Origin: Candidatus Acidiferrales bacterium
Lineage (GTDB): Archaea; Thermoproteota; Bathyarchaeia; Bathyarchaeales; Bathycorpusculaceae
Length of the DNA: 64,000 nucleotides
Reading direction: 5' to 3'
Assembly (NCBI GenBank): GCA_035625495.1
Contig: DASPPK010000053.1
Coordinates: 5,285 to 69,284, forward strand
Shown piece by piece: positions 19,427 to 28,762 of the stretch (positions are counted from its first letter, which is position 1; every line of letters begins with the position of its first letter). Made by a program: the position numbers and the translations under genes. The notes under the pieces were generated by a model that was not told the origin of the DNA, did not search any database, and worked only from the letters and a program-made list of their open reading frames with translations.

Positions 19427-20034
19427 TGGCGAAAAACTCGCGCTACTGCACGAAATTCCGTCGCAGAAGAGAGGGAAAAACGGACTACAGAGCGAGAAAA
19501 GCTTTCATACTTTCTGGAAAGCCTCGGCTGGTGACTCGCACAAGCATCAACAACACAACTGCCCAGATAATTGTGGCCAAGCCGAGGGGAGACCAGGTTC
19601 TGGTTTCTGCTCACAGCAGGGAACTAGCCAAGGAGTACGGATGGAAGGCCCCTCGCGGGAACATCCCGGCAGCATATCTTACCGGCTTCTTGTGTGGCTT
19701 GAAAGCCAAGACACACGGGATAGGAGAAGCAATCTTGGACATAGGACTCTATCCGCCTTCGAAGGGAGCAAAAGTCTTTGCCGTGCTCAGGGGAGTCCTA
19801 GACGCAAAGGTGAACGTGCCGCACAGCGAGGAAAAATTGCCAGATGAAAAGAGGATCGGAGGCGAACACATCGCCAAGTACGCAGAAGGCCTTGCGTCCA
19901 ACGCGGAAGAGTATCAGACGAAGTTCTCAAAATACTTGGAGCAGAAAATTCGACCAGAAACTCTTCCCAAACACTTCGCGAAAGTCAAGTCGGACATGGC
20001 TGCTGCATTCAAAAGCAGAGGTAAGAAGAATTGA
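19426..20034 (+). CDS. rpl18: 50S ribosomal protein uL18
   Basis: 202 aa. RRRREGKTDYRARK and RLVTRTSINNTTAQI motifs. Confidence 0.92.
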   Translation: MAKNSRYCTKFRRRREGKTDYRARKAFILSGKPRLVTRTSINNTTAQIIVAKPRGDQVLVSAHSRELAKEYGWKAPRGNIPAAYLTGFLCGLKAKTHGIGEAILDIGLYPPSKGAKVFAVLRGVLDAKVNVPHSEEKLPDEKRIGGEHIAKYAEGLASNAEEYQTKFSKYLEQKIRPETLPKHFAKVKSDMAAAFKSRGKKN

Positions 20035-20705
20035 CGTTCAGAGGCCGTAGGAGAGACAGTAGGAGAGATCGTGCAAGAGAATCATCAGAAAGGATGGAGC
20101 AGTGGGTTCCAAAAACTCGCCTAGGAAAGATGATTCAAGAAGGCAGAATCACCTCGATCGAAGAAGTCTTTATGGCAGGTCTGCAAGTGCGCGAGTCTCA
20201 GATCATTGATGCTTTGATACCGGACCTGCAAGAAGAAGTCATAAACATAAACTTGGTTCAAAAACAGACGGACGCCGGCGAAAAATCTAGGTTCAAAGCA
20301 ATAGTTGCCGTTGGAAACAGAGATGGCTACATAGGCTTGGGCTCAGGAAAAGCCAGTCAAGTTCGGAACGCCATAGAGAAAGCGGCAACAGACGCCCGGT
20401 TGAAGATCGTTCCAGTCAGGCGCGGATGTGGAAGTTGGGAATGCGGCTGCGGAAGGCCACATTCTATACCCTTCCAGATTGAGGGTAAAACCGGTGGGGT
20501 GAGAGTGATTTTTGTGCCAGGTCCTAGGGGCTTAGGCATTGTTGCCAGCGAAGTGTCAAAGGTGATACTGGGCCTATCGGGCGTGAAAGACTGTTGGACT
20601 CGAACCTACGGTTCAACAAGAACTATTCCTTCCTTTGCGTACGCGGTTTTTGACGCATTGAAACAGACCTATGGTCTCATAACTCCGACGGACTGGGTGA
20701 GATAA
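20031..20705 (+). CDS. rps5: 30S ribosomal protein uS5
   Basis: 224 aa. dsRBD-like region (FKAIVAVGNRDGYIGLGSGKA) plus the uS5 C-terminal domain. TTG start. Confidence 0.9.
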   Translation: MTFRGRRRDSRRDRARESSERMEQWVPKTRLGKMIQEGRITSIEEVFMAGLQVRESQIIDALIPDLQEEVININLVQKQTDAGEKSRFKAIVAVGNRDGYIGLGSGKASQVRNAIEKAATDARLKIVPVRRGCGSWECGCGRPHSIPFQIEGKTGGVRVIFVPGPRGLGIVASEVSKVILGLSGVKDCWTRTYGSTRTIPSFAYAVFDALKQTYGLITPTDWVR

Positions 20706-20735
20706 TTGGTTCAAGAAACCAAGGAACGAAAGTGC

Positions 20736-21194
20736 ATGGCGGTCGTGAGAATTCGCGGAACCGTTAGTGCTTCGATGCAGGCTAGAGAAACCCTGCAGAT
20801 GTTGCATTTGACGAGGAACAACTATGCCGTGCTGATCGATGACAGACCGTCATATCTTGGGATGCTAAAAGCCGCTCGGGACTACATAACTTACGGCGAA
20901 GCTTCGAAGGAACTTGTTTCCATGATGATAAGGCAGAAGGGAAGAATCATCGGTGACAAAAAACTGACGGATGAATACGCACAGAAAGCTGGTTTTGAGT
21001 CCCTTGATGATCTGGCAGAAGCAACTCACGCTTGCCGCTTTGAATACTGGAAACTGCCCAGCATACAGCCCGTCTTCAGGCTCCACCCACCATCCAAAGG
21101 TTTCAAGGGAAAGATCAAAAGAGGATACGGCTCAGGTGGGGAACTGGGATACCGCGGAGAGAAAATCAACGAACTTCTGAGAAGAATGCTCTAG
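20736..21194 (+). CDS. rpl30: 50S ribosomal protein uL30
   Basis: The MAVVRIRGTV N-terminus is typical. The ORF-track start at TTG 20706 adds 10 aa that I consider unlikely. Confidence 0.88.
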   Translation: MAVVRIRGTVSASMQARETLQMLHLTRNNYAVLIDDRPSYLGMLKAARDYITYGEASKELVSMMIRQKGRIIGDKKLTDEYAQKAGFESLDDLAEATHACRFEYWKLPSIQPVFRLHPPSKGFKGKIKRGYGSGGELGYRGEKINELLRRML

Positions 21195-21205
21195 GGCTCC
21201 GCGGC

Positions 21206-21226
21206 TTTTCTCGTTTTTTCCGTTTA
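21206..21226 (+). terminator. oligo-T tract after rpl30 (archaeal terminator-like)
   Basis: CTTTTCTCGTTTTTTCCGTTT begins 12 nt after the rpl30 stop. Confidence 0.4.
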
Positions 21227-21238
21227 GTTTGCGATACA

Positions 21239-21246
21239 TTTTATAG
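21239..21246 (+). promoter_or_regulatory. TATA-box-like element upstream of hsp20
   Basis: TTTTATAG lies ~40 nt upstream of TTG 21286, with GGGAGGAGGA (21271-21280) in between. Confidence 0.45.
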
Positions 21247-21285
21247 TTGCTTTTCAGATGCCATGTATGCGGGAGGAGGACAAAG

Positions 21286-21741
21286 TTGAGCGCGAGATGG
21301 CGGAGAAACAAGAAGAGTTTGAGAAGATTCAACATTTTCAAGGTTTTTAACAAGGTTAAGGAGAGAAGTCCTCCTAGAACGTTTCGCGTCAAGAGTTCAA
21401 CTTCGAAGCGGCGTGCGGTTGCGTCCAAATACAACGTTGAAAAGATACCTGAGGAAAAGTTGAAGGCCCCCAAGCCCCTGATCGACGTCGTTGAAGAAAA
21501 CGATGAGATAGCAGTTTTCGCGGAGTTCGCGGGTTTCAACAGAGAAAACCTGAGAATCAACGTTAAGAACCAGAAGCTGACTCTTTCTGCTAGGACTTCG
21601 GACCGCAAGTACTACAAAAGCTTAAATCTTCCGAAAAGGGTGATTCCCGACACTATATGCACAACGTATAAGAATGGCGTTCTCGAAATACGATTAAAAA
21701 AGGCTGTTGAAGAGAAGGCTATGAACAAAATGGCTGGTTAG
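21286..21741 (+). CDS. hsp20: Hsp20/alpha-crystallin-family small heat-shock protein
   Basis: Alpha-crystallin domain (PLIDVVEENDEIAVFAEFAGFNRENLRINV...YKNGVLEIRLKK). There is no in-frame ATG before the domain. TTG 21286 has GGAGGAGGA 5 nt upstream; the ORF track gives TTG 21247. Confidence 0.8.
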   Translation: MSARWRRNKKSLRRFNIFKVFNKVKERSPPRTFRVKSSTSKRRAVASKYNVEKIPEEKLKAPKPLIDVVEENDEIAVFAEFAGFNRENLRINVKNQKLTLSARTSDRKYYKSLNLPKRVIPDTICTTYKNGVLEIRLKKAVEEKAMNKMAG

Positions 21742-21744
21742 ACG

Positions 21745-22185
21745 ATGCCGCACAAGCTCAGAAAGACTAGGAAGAGGCGCGGTTCAAGAACTCAAGGGTG
21801 GGGTAGGGTAGGTCAGCATAGGAGAACAGGGTCGAAGGGCGGACGGAACGCTGGCAGACACAAGGCGTTGTGGTCCTACATCATCAAGTACGAGCCAGAT
21901 TATTATGGTAAAGACGGCTTCACTTCTATGAAGAGTCTTAGAGGAAAAGTGAACGTAATAAACGTTGGGACGCTCGACGGAATGGCTGAAAAGTTCGCCG
22001 TGGAGAACGTGGAAGGCAAGTCTTTCATCGATTTGGAAAGCCTCGGTTACACGAAGCTTCTTGGCATGGGTAAGATAAGCAAGGCCCTCGTCGTGAAAGT
22101 GCCAGCGTTTTCAAAGTCCGCGGCTGAAAAAATAAAGGATGCAGGCGGGCAAGTCTTGGAGGAGAAACAGGAAACTGGAGAGTAG
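21745..22185 (+). CDS. rpl15: 50S ribosomal protein uL15
   Basis: 146 aa. RKTRKRRGSRTQGWGRVGQHR N-terminus. Confidence 0.92.
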   Translation: MPHKLRKTRKRRGSRTQGWGRVGQHRRTGSKGGRNAGRHKALWSYIIKYEPDYYGKDGFTSMKSLRGKVNVINVGTLDGMAEKFAVENVEGKSFIDLESLGYTKLLGMGKISKALVVKVPAFSKSAAEKIKDAGGQVLEEKQETGE

Positions 22186-22195
22186 CGGTTAGCCC

Positions 22196-23659
22196 ATGGC
22201 CGGTAGGTTTCTCTCGCTATTCAAGCCTATTGCAAGAGTCTTGCCAGAAGTGAAACTTCCAGAACGTCGAGTTCGGTTCAACGAAAAAATCTTCTGGACT
22301 GGGCTTATCCTGATAATCTTCCTCGTCATGTCGGAGGTTCCTCTCTACGGAATTCAGGCGAGCGCACTGGGGCAGCTTGAAGCCCTTAGGATCATTTTTG
22401 CCTCGACTCGCGGTACGCTCATGGAGCTTGGGATAGGTCCTATAGTGACTGCAGGGTTGATACTGCAGCTTCTCGCGGGCTCAAACATGATTGAATGCGA
22501 CATGGGCAACGCTGAAGACAGGAGTCTGTTTACATCAGCAAGCAAAGTGTTGACAATTGTTCTCACAGGAGTTCAAGCAGCGGCTTACATAGTCGGCGGC
22601 ATGTACGGCACCTTACCTGGGACTACGGCTGTAATCGTCTTCTTGCAACTACTCGGGGCGGGAGTTGTTGTTCTATTAATGGATGAGCTTGTCCAGAAAG
22701 GATGGGGGTTCGGCAGTGGAGTGAGCCTGTTTATCATGGCCGGCGTTGCCAAGACCGTTTTCTGGGATGCCTTCTCACCTGCACCTGCCGTCGGTCAGTC
22801 GGGAGCCTATGGATTATTCGTCCAACTGGGTGGATCAGTGGGGAACAGTACATTGCTGTCGGGCCTTTGGCTCAGACAATACGTGAACACCACGGGCGCG
22901 CTAGTCTCATCAAACCCGACGCTGCTCGGCTTCGTAGCTACGATCATCTCTTTCTTTGTAATAATCTACATGGAAGGCGTAAGAATCGAACTGCCCTTAT
23001 CCTATGCTGGCTACAAGGGTTACCGCAGCAGATACCCTATAAAGCTCCTGTACGTGTCGAACCTACCAGTTATCTTCGCTTCCGCCTTGTTCGCTAACGT
23101 TTACTTCTTCTCACAACTATTCTGGAGCATGAGCGGCCAGCCACTTCCCGGAGTAAACCCATGGCTTGACATATTAGGACAGTTCAAGAACACGGGTACT
23201 AGCACGTCGCCAACGATAACCCCCGTAGGAGGGATCGTCTACTACGTTACCGCGCCGAGCAGCTGGACCAGCGTTGCGCAAGCCCCATGGCAGGCGCTTG
23301 GTTACCTTGGAATTCTCGTCGTCTTTTGCGTCATCTTCTCGCTCACATGGCTTGAGGTCGGGGGTATAGGGCCGTCTAACGTTGCACAACAGCTTATGGA
23401 TGCTGGCATGCAGATTCCAGGATACAGACGATCAGGAAGAGCCATAGAATCGATCCTCAAGCGTTACATTCCAGCCGTCACTGTTGTCGGCGGAATACTG
23501 GTCGGGATTCTGGCAGGGCTTTCAGACTTCTTCGGAGTCTTCGGTACTGGGATCGGCATTCTACTTTCAGTGGGGATAATCTACCAGTATTATGAAACGC
23601 TGATGCAGGAAAGAGCAGCTGAAATGTATCCGGCGTTCAGGCGCCTATTCGGAGAATAG
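22196..23659 (+). CDS. secY: preprotein translocase subunit SecY
   Basis: 487 aa polytopic membrane protein. Conserved position after rpl15; GIGPIVTAGLILQLL plug/TM2 region. Confidence 0.93.
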   Translation: MAGRFLSLFKPIARVLPEVKLPERRVRFNEKIFWTGLILIIFLVMSEVPLYGIQASALGQLEALRIIFASTRGTLMELGIGPIVTAGLILQLLAGSNMIECDMGNAEDRSLFTSASKVLTIVLTGVQAAAYIVGGMYGTLPGTTAVIVFLQLLGAGVVVLLMDELVQKGWGFGSGVSLFIMAGVAKTVFWDAFSPAPAVGQSGAYGLFVQLGGSVGNSTLLSGLWLRQYVNTTGALVSSNPTLLGFVATIISFFVIIYMEGVRIELPLSYAGYKGYRSRYPIKLLYVSNLPVIFASALFANVYFFSQLFWSMSGQPLPGVNPWLDILGQFKNTGTSTSPTITPVGGIVYYVTAPSSWTSVAQAPWQALGYLGILVVFCVIFSLTWLEVGGIGPSNVAQQLMDAGMQIPGYRRSGRAIESILKRYIPAVTVVGGILVGILAGLSDFFGVFGTGIGILLSVGIIYQYYETLMQERAAEMYPAFRRLFGE

Positions 23660-23662
23660 CCC

Positions 23663-24250
23663 ATGAACAAGACGATAATCGTGACTGGAATACCTGGAAC
23701 TGGAAAGACCACGATTTGCAGTTTTGTCGAGAAGCTTGCAGAAAAAGCAGGCATTGACGTCAGAGTGATAAACTATGGAACAGTCATGATGGAGATCCTT
23801 CATAAATCCGGGAGACCCATGGAAAGAGACGCAATGAGGATGGACAGCGTAGGAACTCAACGCAAACTGCAGAAACAGGTTGCCGAAGCAGTGGCAAAGA
23901 GAACAAGAACGTTCAACGGCCTAACAATCATTGACACGCACATGTCGATAAAGACTCCTGAAGGATATTTTCCAGGTCTCTCATGCAACAACCTGCAGCT
24001 GTTGAAGCCTGAAATGCTCGTGCTCGTTGAAGCCCATCCAAGTGAAATATCTTCAAGAAGAATGAAGGATGCTGGCAGAAAAAGAGACACTTCATTGGAA
24101 GATTCTGTTAATGAAGAACTCACTTTTTCGCGGGCAATTGCTGGTGCGTGTGCCGTTCTTATAGGTACGCCTGTAAAAATAGTTGTAAATGCTGAGGGAA
24201 AACCTGAAGAAGCTGCGGAGAGCATTATTAAGGCATTAGGAGTGGGCTAG
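23663..24250 (+). CDS. adkA: archaeal-type adenylate kinase
   Basis: 195 aa. P-loop GIPGTGKTT. Position after secY. Confidence 0.88.
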   Translation: MNKTIIVTGIPGTGKTTICSFVEKLAEKAGIDVRVINYGTVMMEILHKSGRPMERDAMRMDSVGTQRKLQKQVAEAVAKRTRTFNGLTIIDTHMSIKTPEGYFPGLSCNNLQLLKPEMLVLVEAHPSEISSRRMKDAGRKRDTSLEDSVNEELTFSRAIAGACAVLIGTPVKIVVNAEGKPEEAAESIIKALGVG

Positions 24251-24252
24251 AG

Positions 24253-24771
24253 TTGATGCAAGTGTTGCTGGCAATACTTCCGTCTATACTGCAGAATATT
24301 CCAAATTCGACACTTTTCATATTCACCTTGGCAGCGTTGATATCGTTATTGACTACTTCTGTTAACCGTTTGTTGACAAACCCGGAGCAGACAAAAGCTG
24401 TGCGAAGAGAGGTTACTCAATGGAGCAAAGAACTGCGCCAAGCGCAACGCGACAAAGACCAAAAAGCTATCGAAAAACTGATGAAAAAGCAACAGTACAT
24501 GATGCAGATTCAAACTAAGATGATGTGGAATTCGATGAAAGTGACGCTGCTGTTTATTGTTCCCCTCATTCTCATGTGGGATATTCTGGGTGGGTTCTAT
24601 ACTAACTCAGCACACCAAGCTATTGCAATAGCCTATCTTCCAGGAATCGGCGCTATTCTTCATTTGCCGATTTTCAGCTTTTCTTCTTTGGTTTGGTTTT
24701 ATTTGCTATGCTCACTCCTTTTCGGTACAGCATTTTCACACGTCCTTGGGATAATCGAGGTGAGCGAATAG
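24253..24771 (+). CDS. DUF106/EMC3-like membrane protein (archaeal YidC/Oxa1-like insertase family)
   Basis: 172 aa. TM helix, then a charged coiled-coil (KELRQAQRDKDQKAIEKLMKKQQ), then further TM helices. Canonical position after adk in archaea. Confidence 0.8.
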   Translation: MMQVLLAILPSILQNIPNSTLFIFTLAALISLLTTSVNRLLTNPEQTKAVRREVTQWSKELRQAQRDKDQKAIEKLMKKQQYMMQIQTKMMWNSMKVTLLFIVPLILMWDILGGFYTNSAHQAIAIAYLPGIGAILHLPIFSFSSLVWFYLLCSLLFGTAFSHVLGIIEVSE

Positions 24772-24772
24772 T

Positions 24773-25039
24773 ATGCCGAGACCTGGTGAGCGCACGCGGA
24801 GCAGAAAACGCACAACTAAACCCGTACCAGGCGGAAGAACTTGTACACAGTTCAAGTATGAGGTCGCTGCTCGGTCAACCTGCAGCCGCTGTGGCCGGGA
24901 GCTAGCAGGCGTTTCAAACAGCTCTCCGAAAGCCCGAAAACTAAACCGAAGCGGAAAGAGAGTTCAGCGTGTCCACGGAGGACAGCTCTGCCACGTCTGC
25001 ATAAAGACTGCTTTGAGAGAAGCTGCCAGGGCCCTTTAA
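24773..25039 (+). CDS. rpl34e: 50S ribosomal protein eL34
   Basis: 88 aa. RTRSRKRTTKPVPGGR N-terminus plus a CSRCGRE...CHVC zinc ribbon. Confidence 0.88.
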   Translation: MPRPGERTRSRKRTTKPVPGGRTCTQFKYEVAARSTCSRCGRELAGVSNSSPKARKLNRSGKRVQRVHGGQLCHVCIKTALREAARAL

Positions 25040-25063
25040 GCTTGAGTTTTTTGAGGTAAGCAG

Positions 25064-25669
25064 ATGGCTCGATCAAAGAAGACTGAGAGAGGGCAAGGGC
25101 ACTTGCAGCATGTGACGATATGCGTAGGCGGAATGGCAGGAAGTGGAAAAAGCACACTGGCAAGAAAAATCGCCCAGAAATATGGGCTCAAGTGTTTCTC
25201 CGGTGGAGCTGCGTTGATGGCGCTGGCTCTTGAAGAGGGGTACAGGCCTATTGAACGTGGCTGGTGGGAAAGTGAAGAAGGGATGCGGTTTCTGGAAAAA
25301 AGAGGCAGAGACCCTCGGTTTGACCAAGCTGTTGACGACAAACTCTTGCAATTAGCACAACAAGGCAATGTGGTCCTAGACAGTTGGACAATGCCGTGGC
25401 TCCTCAAGGACGGTTTCAAGATTTGGCTCGAGGCTTCAGTGGAAAAGAGAGCTGAAAGAATAGTTGAAAGGGATAATATTAGCTTCAAAGAGGCTCTTGA
25501 AGCGGTGAAACGTAAAGAGAGGCAGACAAAGATCATCTACAAGAAAATGTATGGCTTCAGTTTGGGAGACGATTATGCTCCTTTCAATTTCATCTTAGAC
25601 ACGGACATCTTGAACGAGGAAGAAGTATTTCAGATTTTGTGCATGGTACTAGAGAGTCTGGTTCTGTGA
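25064..25669 (+). CDS. cmk: archaeal cytidylate (CMP) kinase
   Basis: P-loop GGMAGSGKST. Canonical position after rpl34e. GTG 25112 is an alternative start giving a more typical length. Confidence 0.85.
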   Translation: MARSKKTERGQGHLQHVTICVGGMAGSGKSTLARKIAQKYGLKCFSGGAALMALALEEGYRPIERGWWESEEGMRFLEKRGRDPRFDQAVDDKLLQLAQQGNVVLDSWTMPWLLKDGFKIWLEASVEKRAERIVERDNISFKEALEAVKRKERQTKIIYKKMYGFSLGDDYAPFNFILDTDILNEEEVFQILCMVLESLVL

Positions 25670-25957
25670 GAGTCATCAGAAAGAGAGACGCACAATTTTA
25701 AGTTCAGATAGGTTAGAAGGGTTTTCTCGCGCATTAAGACTTAAGTCGCCCCGCAAAATATTTAAACAAACCAAAACTTAGAACAGTATCGATCTACTAG
25801 ATGGGCGATCGCGAACTGTTTCAGCTTGAAGACACTGATATCAAACAAACTTCTAGAGATTTGGTGCTCGTGTGGAGACAGTTTGATCGCTTAATTGACA
25901 TCGAAGCAATTGCCGAAAAGAAATAGAAAGCTGATTTTCTATCGCTGTCTGGTATTA

Positions 25958-27013
25958 TCAGAGAGACGCGAGCGGCGTTTTCTTCAGGAACAGTCTCGCG
26001 TTCTTCCATTGCTCTTGCGCGATCTGAAGGTTAGCGAGAACGCTTCCTTGGAGAGAATAGAAAATGTAGCACATGTATGTGCACTGGGTGCATTCGCTGT
26101 ATTTTCTGCGCAGGGTCTTGGCTTGTGGAGTGTTCCACATTCTGGGGAGATCAAATATCGTGGTTGTCGGGTCGTGCACGTGACATCCAGCCACCCTGCC
26201 AACATGGTCGATAACGAAGAAGTTCTGAAGTGCACGGCATTTCCATGATCTTTCACCGGTCAAGTAAAGGTTCTTTATTGCCTTCAACAACTTTGTGGTC
26301 ATAATGACGTTGCTGTTTTTCTTCCTCATCGCTATCAATGAGTCACATGTTTTGACCATTGTGTTCGTGTCAACGATCGTGAACTCATCATTCTTCTTCC
26401 CTATCGTGAAAAGGCGGCTTTGTTCGTCGGCTGAGTCGTATGAATAAAGACTGTACCAAACTGGAATGTTCCTGCGCGTGAAGTATCTCGTGAGGTCCAA
26501 GATTTCGCAGAGGTTGAACTGCGATATAGTCGGAGCGACACCGACCGAGATGCCGTTTTGGTGAAGTTCTTCAACAGCATGCATCGCAGTGCTCCACGCG
26601 CCTTTAACACCCCTTATGTAGTCGTTCTTCTCGGGGTTCAAGCTGTCAATCGAGATTGCAACGAAGTCTGCATGGCGCAGGGCTTCGATTTTCTCAACGG
26701 CCATACTGCCGTTGTCGTAGACCGTTGTTATGAAGGATTCCGAAGCATGCCTTATGATTTTGCCTATGTCCTCCCTCAGCAGAGGGTTACCGCCAGAGAG
26801 CACGAGGTCTACCACGCCAAGTTCCCTAAGGGTGTCCAAGCCTTTCTTCACGTGTTCTGTTGACAGCTCGCGAGGGTCTTGCTGTTGCCAGACAGTGCAT
26901 CCTCTGCAACGGAAGTTGCATTTTCTGGTTAGCATCCATTGAGCATGATAGGGTCTGTTAGGCGTGAGGCCTCGAATTGCAATGCTGCGAGCTTTCTTAA
27001 GAGACATGACCAA
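25958..27013 (-). CDS. radical SAM protein with SPASM-like C-terminal Cys motifs
   Basis: 351 aa. CNFRCRGC (CxxxCxxC) near the N-terminus and a GGNPLL SAM-binding motif. C-terminal cysteines: WKCRALQ...VAGCHVH...CTQCTYMC. Confidence 0.8.
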   Translation of the reverse strand: MVMSLKKARSIAIRGLTPNRPYHAQWMLTRKCNFRCRGCTVWQQQDPRELSTEHVKKGLDTLRELGVVDLVLSGGNPLLREDIGKIIRHASESFITTVYDNGSMAVEKIEALRHADFVAISIDSLNPEKNDYIRGVKGAWSTAMHAVEELHQNGISVGVAPTISQFNLCEILDLTRYFTRRNIPVWYSLYSYDSADEQSRLFTIGKKNDEFTIVDTNTMVKTCDSLIAMRKKNSNVIMTTKLLKAIKNLYLTGERSWKCRALQNFFVIDHVGRVAGCHVHDPTTTIFDLPRMWNTPQAKTLRRKYSECTQCTYMCYIFYSLQGSVLANLQIAQEQWKNARLFLKKTPLASL

Positions 27014-27165
27014 ATGCGCGGGCGCCTCATCGTGCTTCTTGCTTACGCAAGCAACTGCCTTTTTTTGGCATGAGCGAAATATGAGGAAACCCTATATAAA
27101 GGTAGACTCCTTTGGAACACGAGTTGTTTAGCGACGCTGAGACTTCAAAATGTGATGGCCCGCCT

Positions 27166-27936
27166 ATGATTCGAACGGACTCGAACCAGGTTGACGTTGT
27201 AGTCCTCACAAAAAACAGCGAAAGAATCCTGGAAAGGTGCTTCAACTCGATTTTCGCAAACGTGCCCGTGAACCGCTTGATAGTGGTGGATGGGTACTCA
27301 ACTGATTCCACTCTGGAGATAGTGCGGAAATTCAGCGACAAACATGATAACGTGGTTTTGATAAAGGACGGCGGTACGCGGGGCAGCGCAAGGATGAGAG
27401 GAATAGGGGAAGTCAAAACTGGGTGGTTCCTGTTCGTCGACAGTGATGTTACTCTGAGCGACAACTGGTATGAAAAAGCGAAGAACTACGTGGACGATGA
27501 CGTGGGCGCAGTTTGGGGAACGGAAGTGTGGGCTGGGTTGCGCGCTCAGAATGTCTTGAAACTTTTCCTTATAGTTACCAGAAAAATTTTCGGAATGAGA
27601 GGCGGAACCCATGACCTGCTCGTGCGCTATGAAGCGGTCAATGACATAGATATTCCCAAGAACCTGCATGTTTTCGAGGACGCATTTATCAAAGAATGGA
27701 TAACCAAGAAAGGGTACAGAGTAGTTCCTACTTATGATCCCTTCTGCATACACTACAGACCTCAGGCTGTTTGGACGGTGAAAGGAAGCCGAGACCTAGT
27801 AGTTGAGAACTTAAGATACGGTTCGCTCAAAAAGATGCCGAGCTATTTTCTTGCGTACGCGTTCTATACCGTCTACGTCGTATACAGGAGTCTTACTGAA
27901 AAACTAAAGGGACCAAGCGAAAGGATAGAAGTGTGA
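27166..27936 (+). CDS. family-2 glycosyltransferase
   Basis: VDVVVLTKNSE...VVDGYSTDST...FVDSDV (DxD). ATG 27166 was chosen within ORF 27112..27936. Confidence 0.8.
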   Translation: MIRTDSNQVDVVVLTKNSERILERCFNSIFANVPVNRLIVVDGYSTDSTLEIVRKFSDKHDNVVLIKDGGTRGSARMRGIGEVKTGWFLFVDSDVTLSDNWYEKAKNYVDDDVGAVWGTEVWAGLRAQNVLKLFLIVTRKIFGMRGGTHDLLVRYEAVNDIDIPKNLHVFEDAFIKEWITKKGYRVVPTYDPFCIHYRPQAVWTVKGSRDLVVENLRYGSLKKMPSYFLAYAFYTVYVVYRSLTEKLKGPSERIEV

Positions 27937-27945
27937 GACAAGGCT

Positions 27946-28761
27946 TTGAACATATCAGTTGTTATTCGAACGAGAGACAAGGAAAGATATTTTGATCCTC
28001 TGTTAGAAAGTCTAGCCTCACAGACGGTTCAGGCATCAGAACTTGTTGTGGTTGACAACTTCTCAAGTGAAGAAAAAAGACGGAGCTTGAAAAGCGATCT
28101 GAGCGAAACTGTGAGAAGCGGCTTGTGGAAAGGGAAAGTTAGCGCCAAACTTATTGCTCTTTCAGATGATGAGTTCTCTCACGCATATTCTACTAACATA
28201 GGTGTGGCCGCCGCCGAGAATCAATTCGTCTGCATAACGAACGCACATTCTCTTCCGTCGTCCAAGCGCTGGCTGCAAGAGGGAACAAAGCATTTTGGAA
28301 ACCGCAACGTTGCTGGTGTCAGCGGGTTTTTCATTCCTCATCAGGAAGGAACTGCTATTCGAGGAGTTGACAAGGCTGTGTATCAGTTCACTCAAAGAGC
28401 GATCTTGCGCCAAGACTGGTGCTCCACCATAAACTGCATAATCCGAAAGTCTCTATGGCAGGTATATCCTTTTGACGAGAACCTGCCCAAAATCATTCCT
28501 GAAACCAAGAAATATGGTCTTGAAGATTATGATTGGAGCAAAGAAATGTTGGCCCGCGGCTTCATGATTGTAGTGGATCCAATGTTCAGCGTTTTTCACT
28601 CTCACGGAAGGGTTCTTAGTGAAACTGCAAGAAACGTGAAAGGTTACTTCGTTTACAAGCAGATTCAGCAAAAAATAGACTTGCTCAATAGGCCTAGAGT
28701 GTCTTTCAGCAGGCTTTCCCAAGACGACCGGAGTGAGTTTGCGATAGAATCACTTTCTTAG
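27946..28761 (+). CDS. family-2-like glycosyltransferase
   Basis: 271 aa. ISVVIRTRDKE...LVVVDNFSSEE...LEDYDW. TTG start 9 nt after the preceding gene. Confidence 0.75.
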   Translation: MNISVVIRTRDKERYFDPLLESLASQTVQASELVVVDNFSSEEKRRSLKSDLSETVRSGLWKGKVSAKLIALSDDEFSHAYSTNIGVAAAENQFVCITNAHSLPSSKRWLQEGTKHFGNRNVAGVSGFFIPHQEGTAIRGVDKAVYQFTQRAILRQDWCSTINCIIRKSLWQVYPFDENLPKIIPETKKYGLEDYDWSKEMLARGFMIVVDPMFSVFHSHGRVLSETARNVKGYFVYKQIQQKIDLLNRPRVSFSRLSQDDRSEFAIESLS

Positions 28762-28762
28762 C

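Noticed and set aside
21132-21608. 158-aa minus-strand ORF
   Set aside because: It is antisense to the Hsp20 gene and the rpl30 3' end. The Hsp20 alpha-crystallin domain on the + strand explains the open frame.
25036-25536. 166-aa minus-strand ORF
   Set aside because: It is antisense to cmk, which has a P-loop and a conserved operon position.
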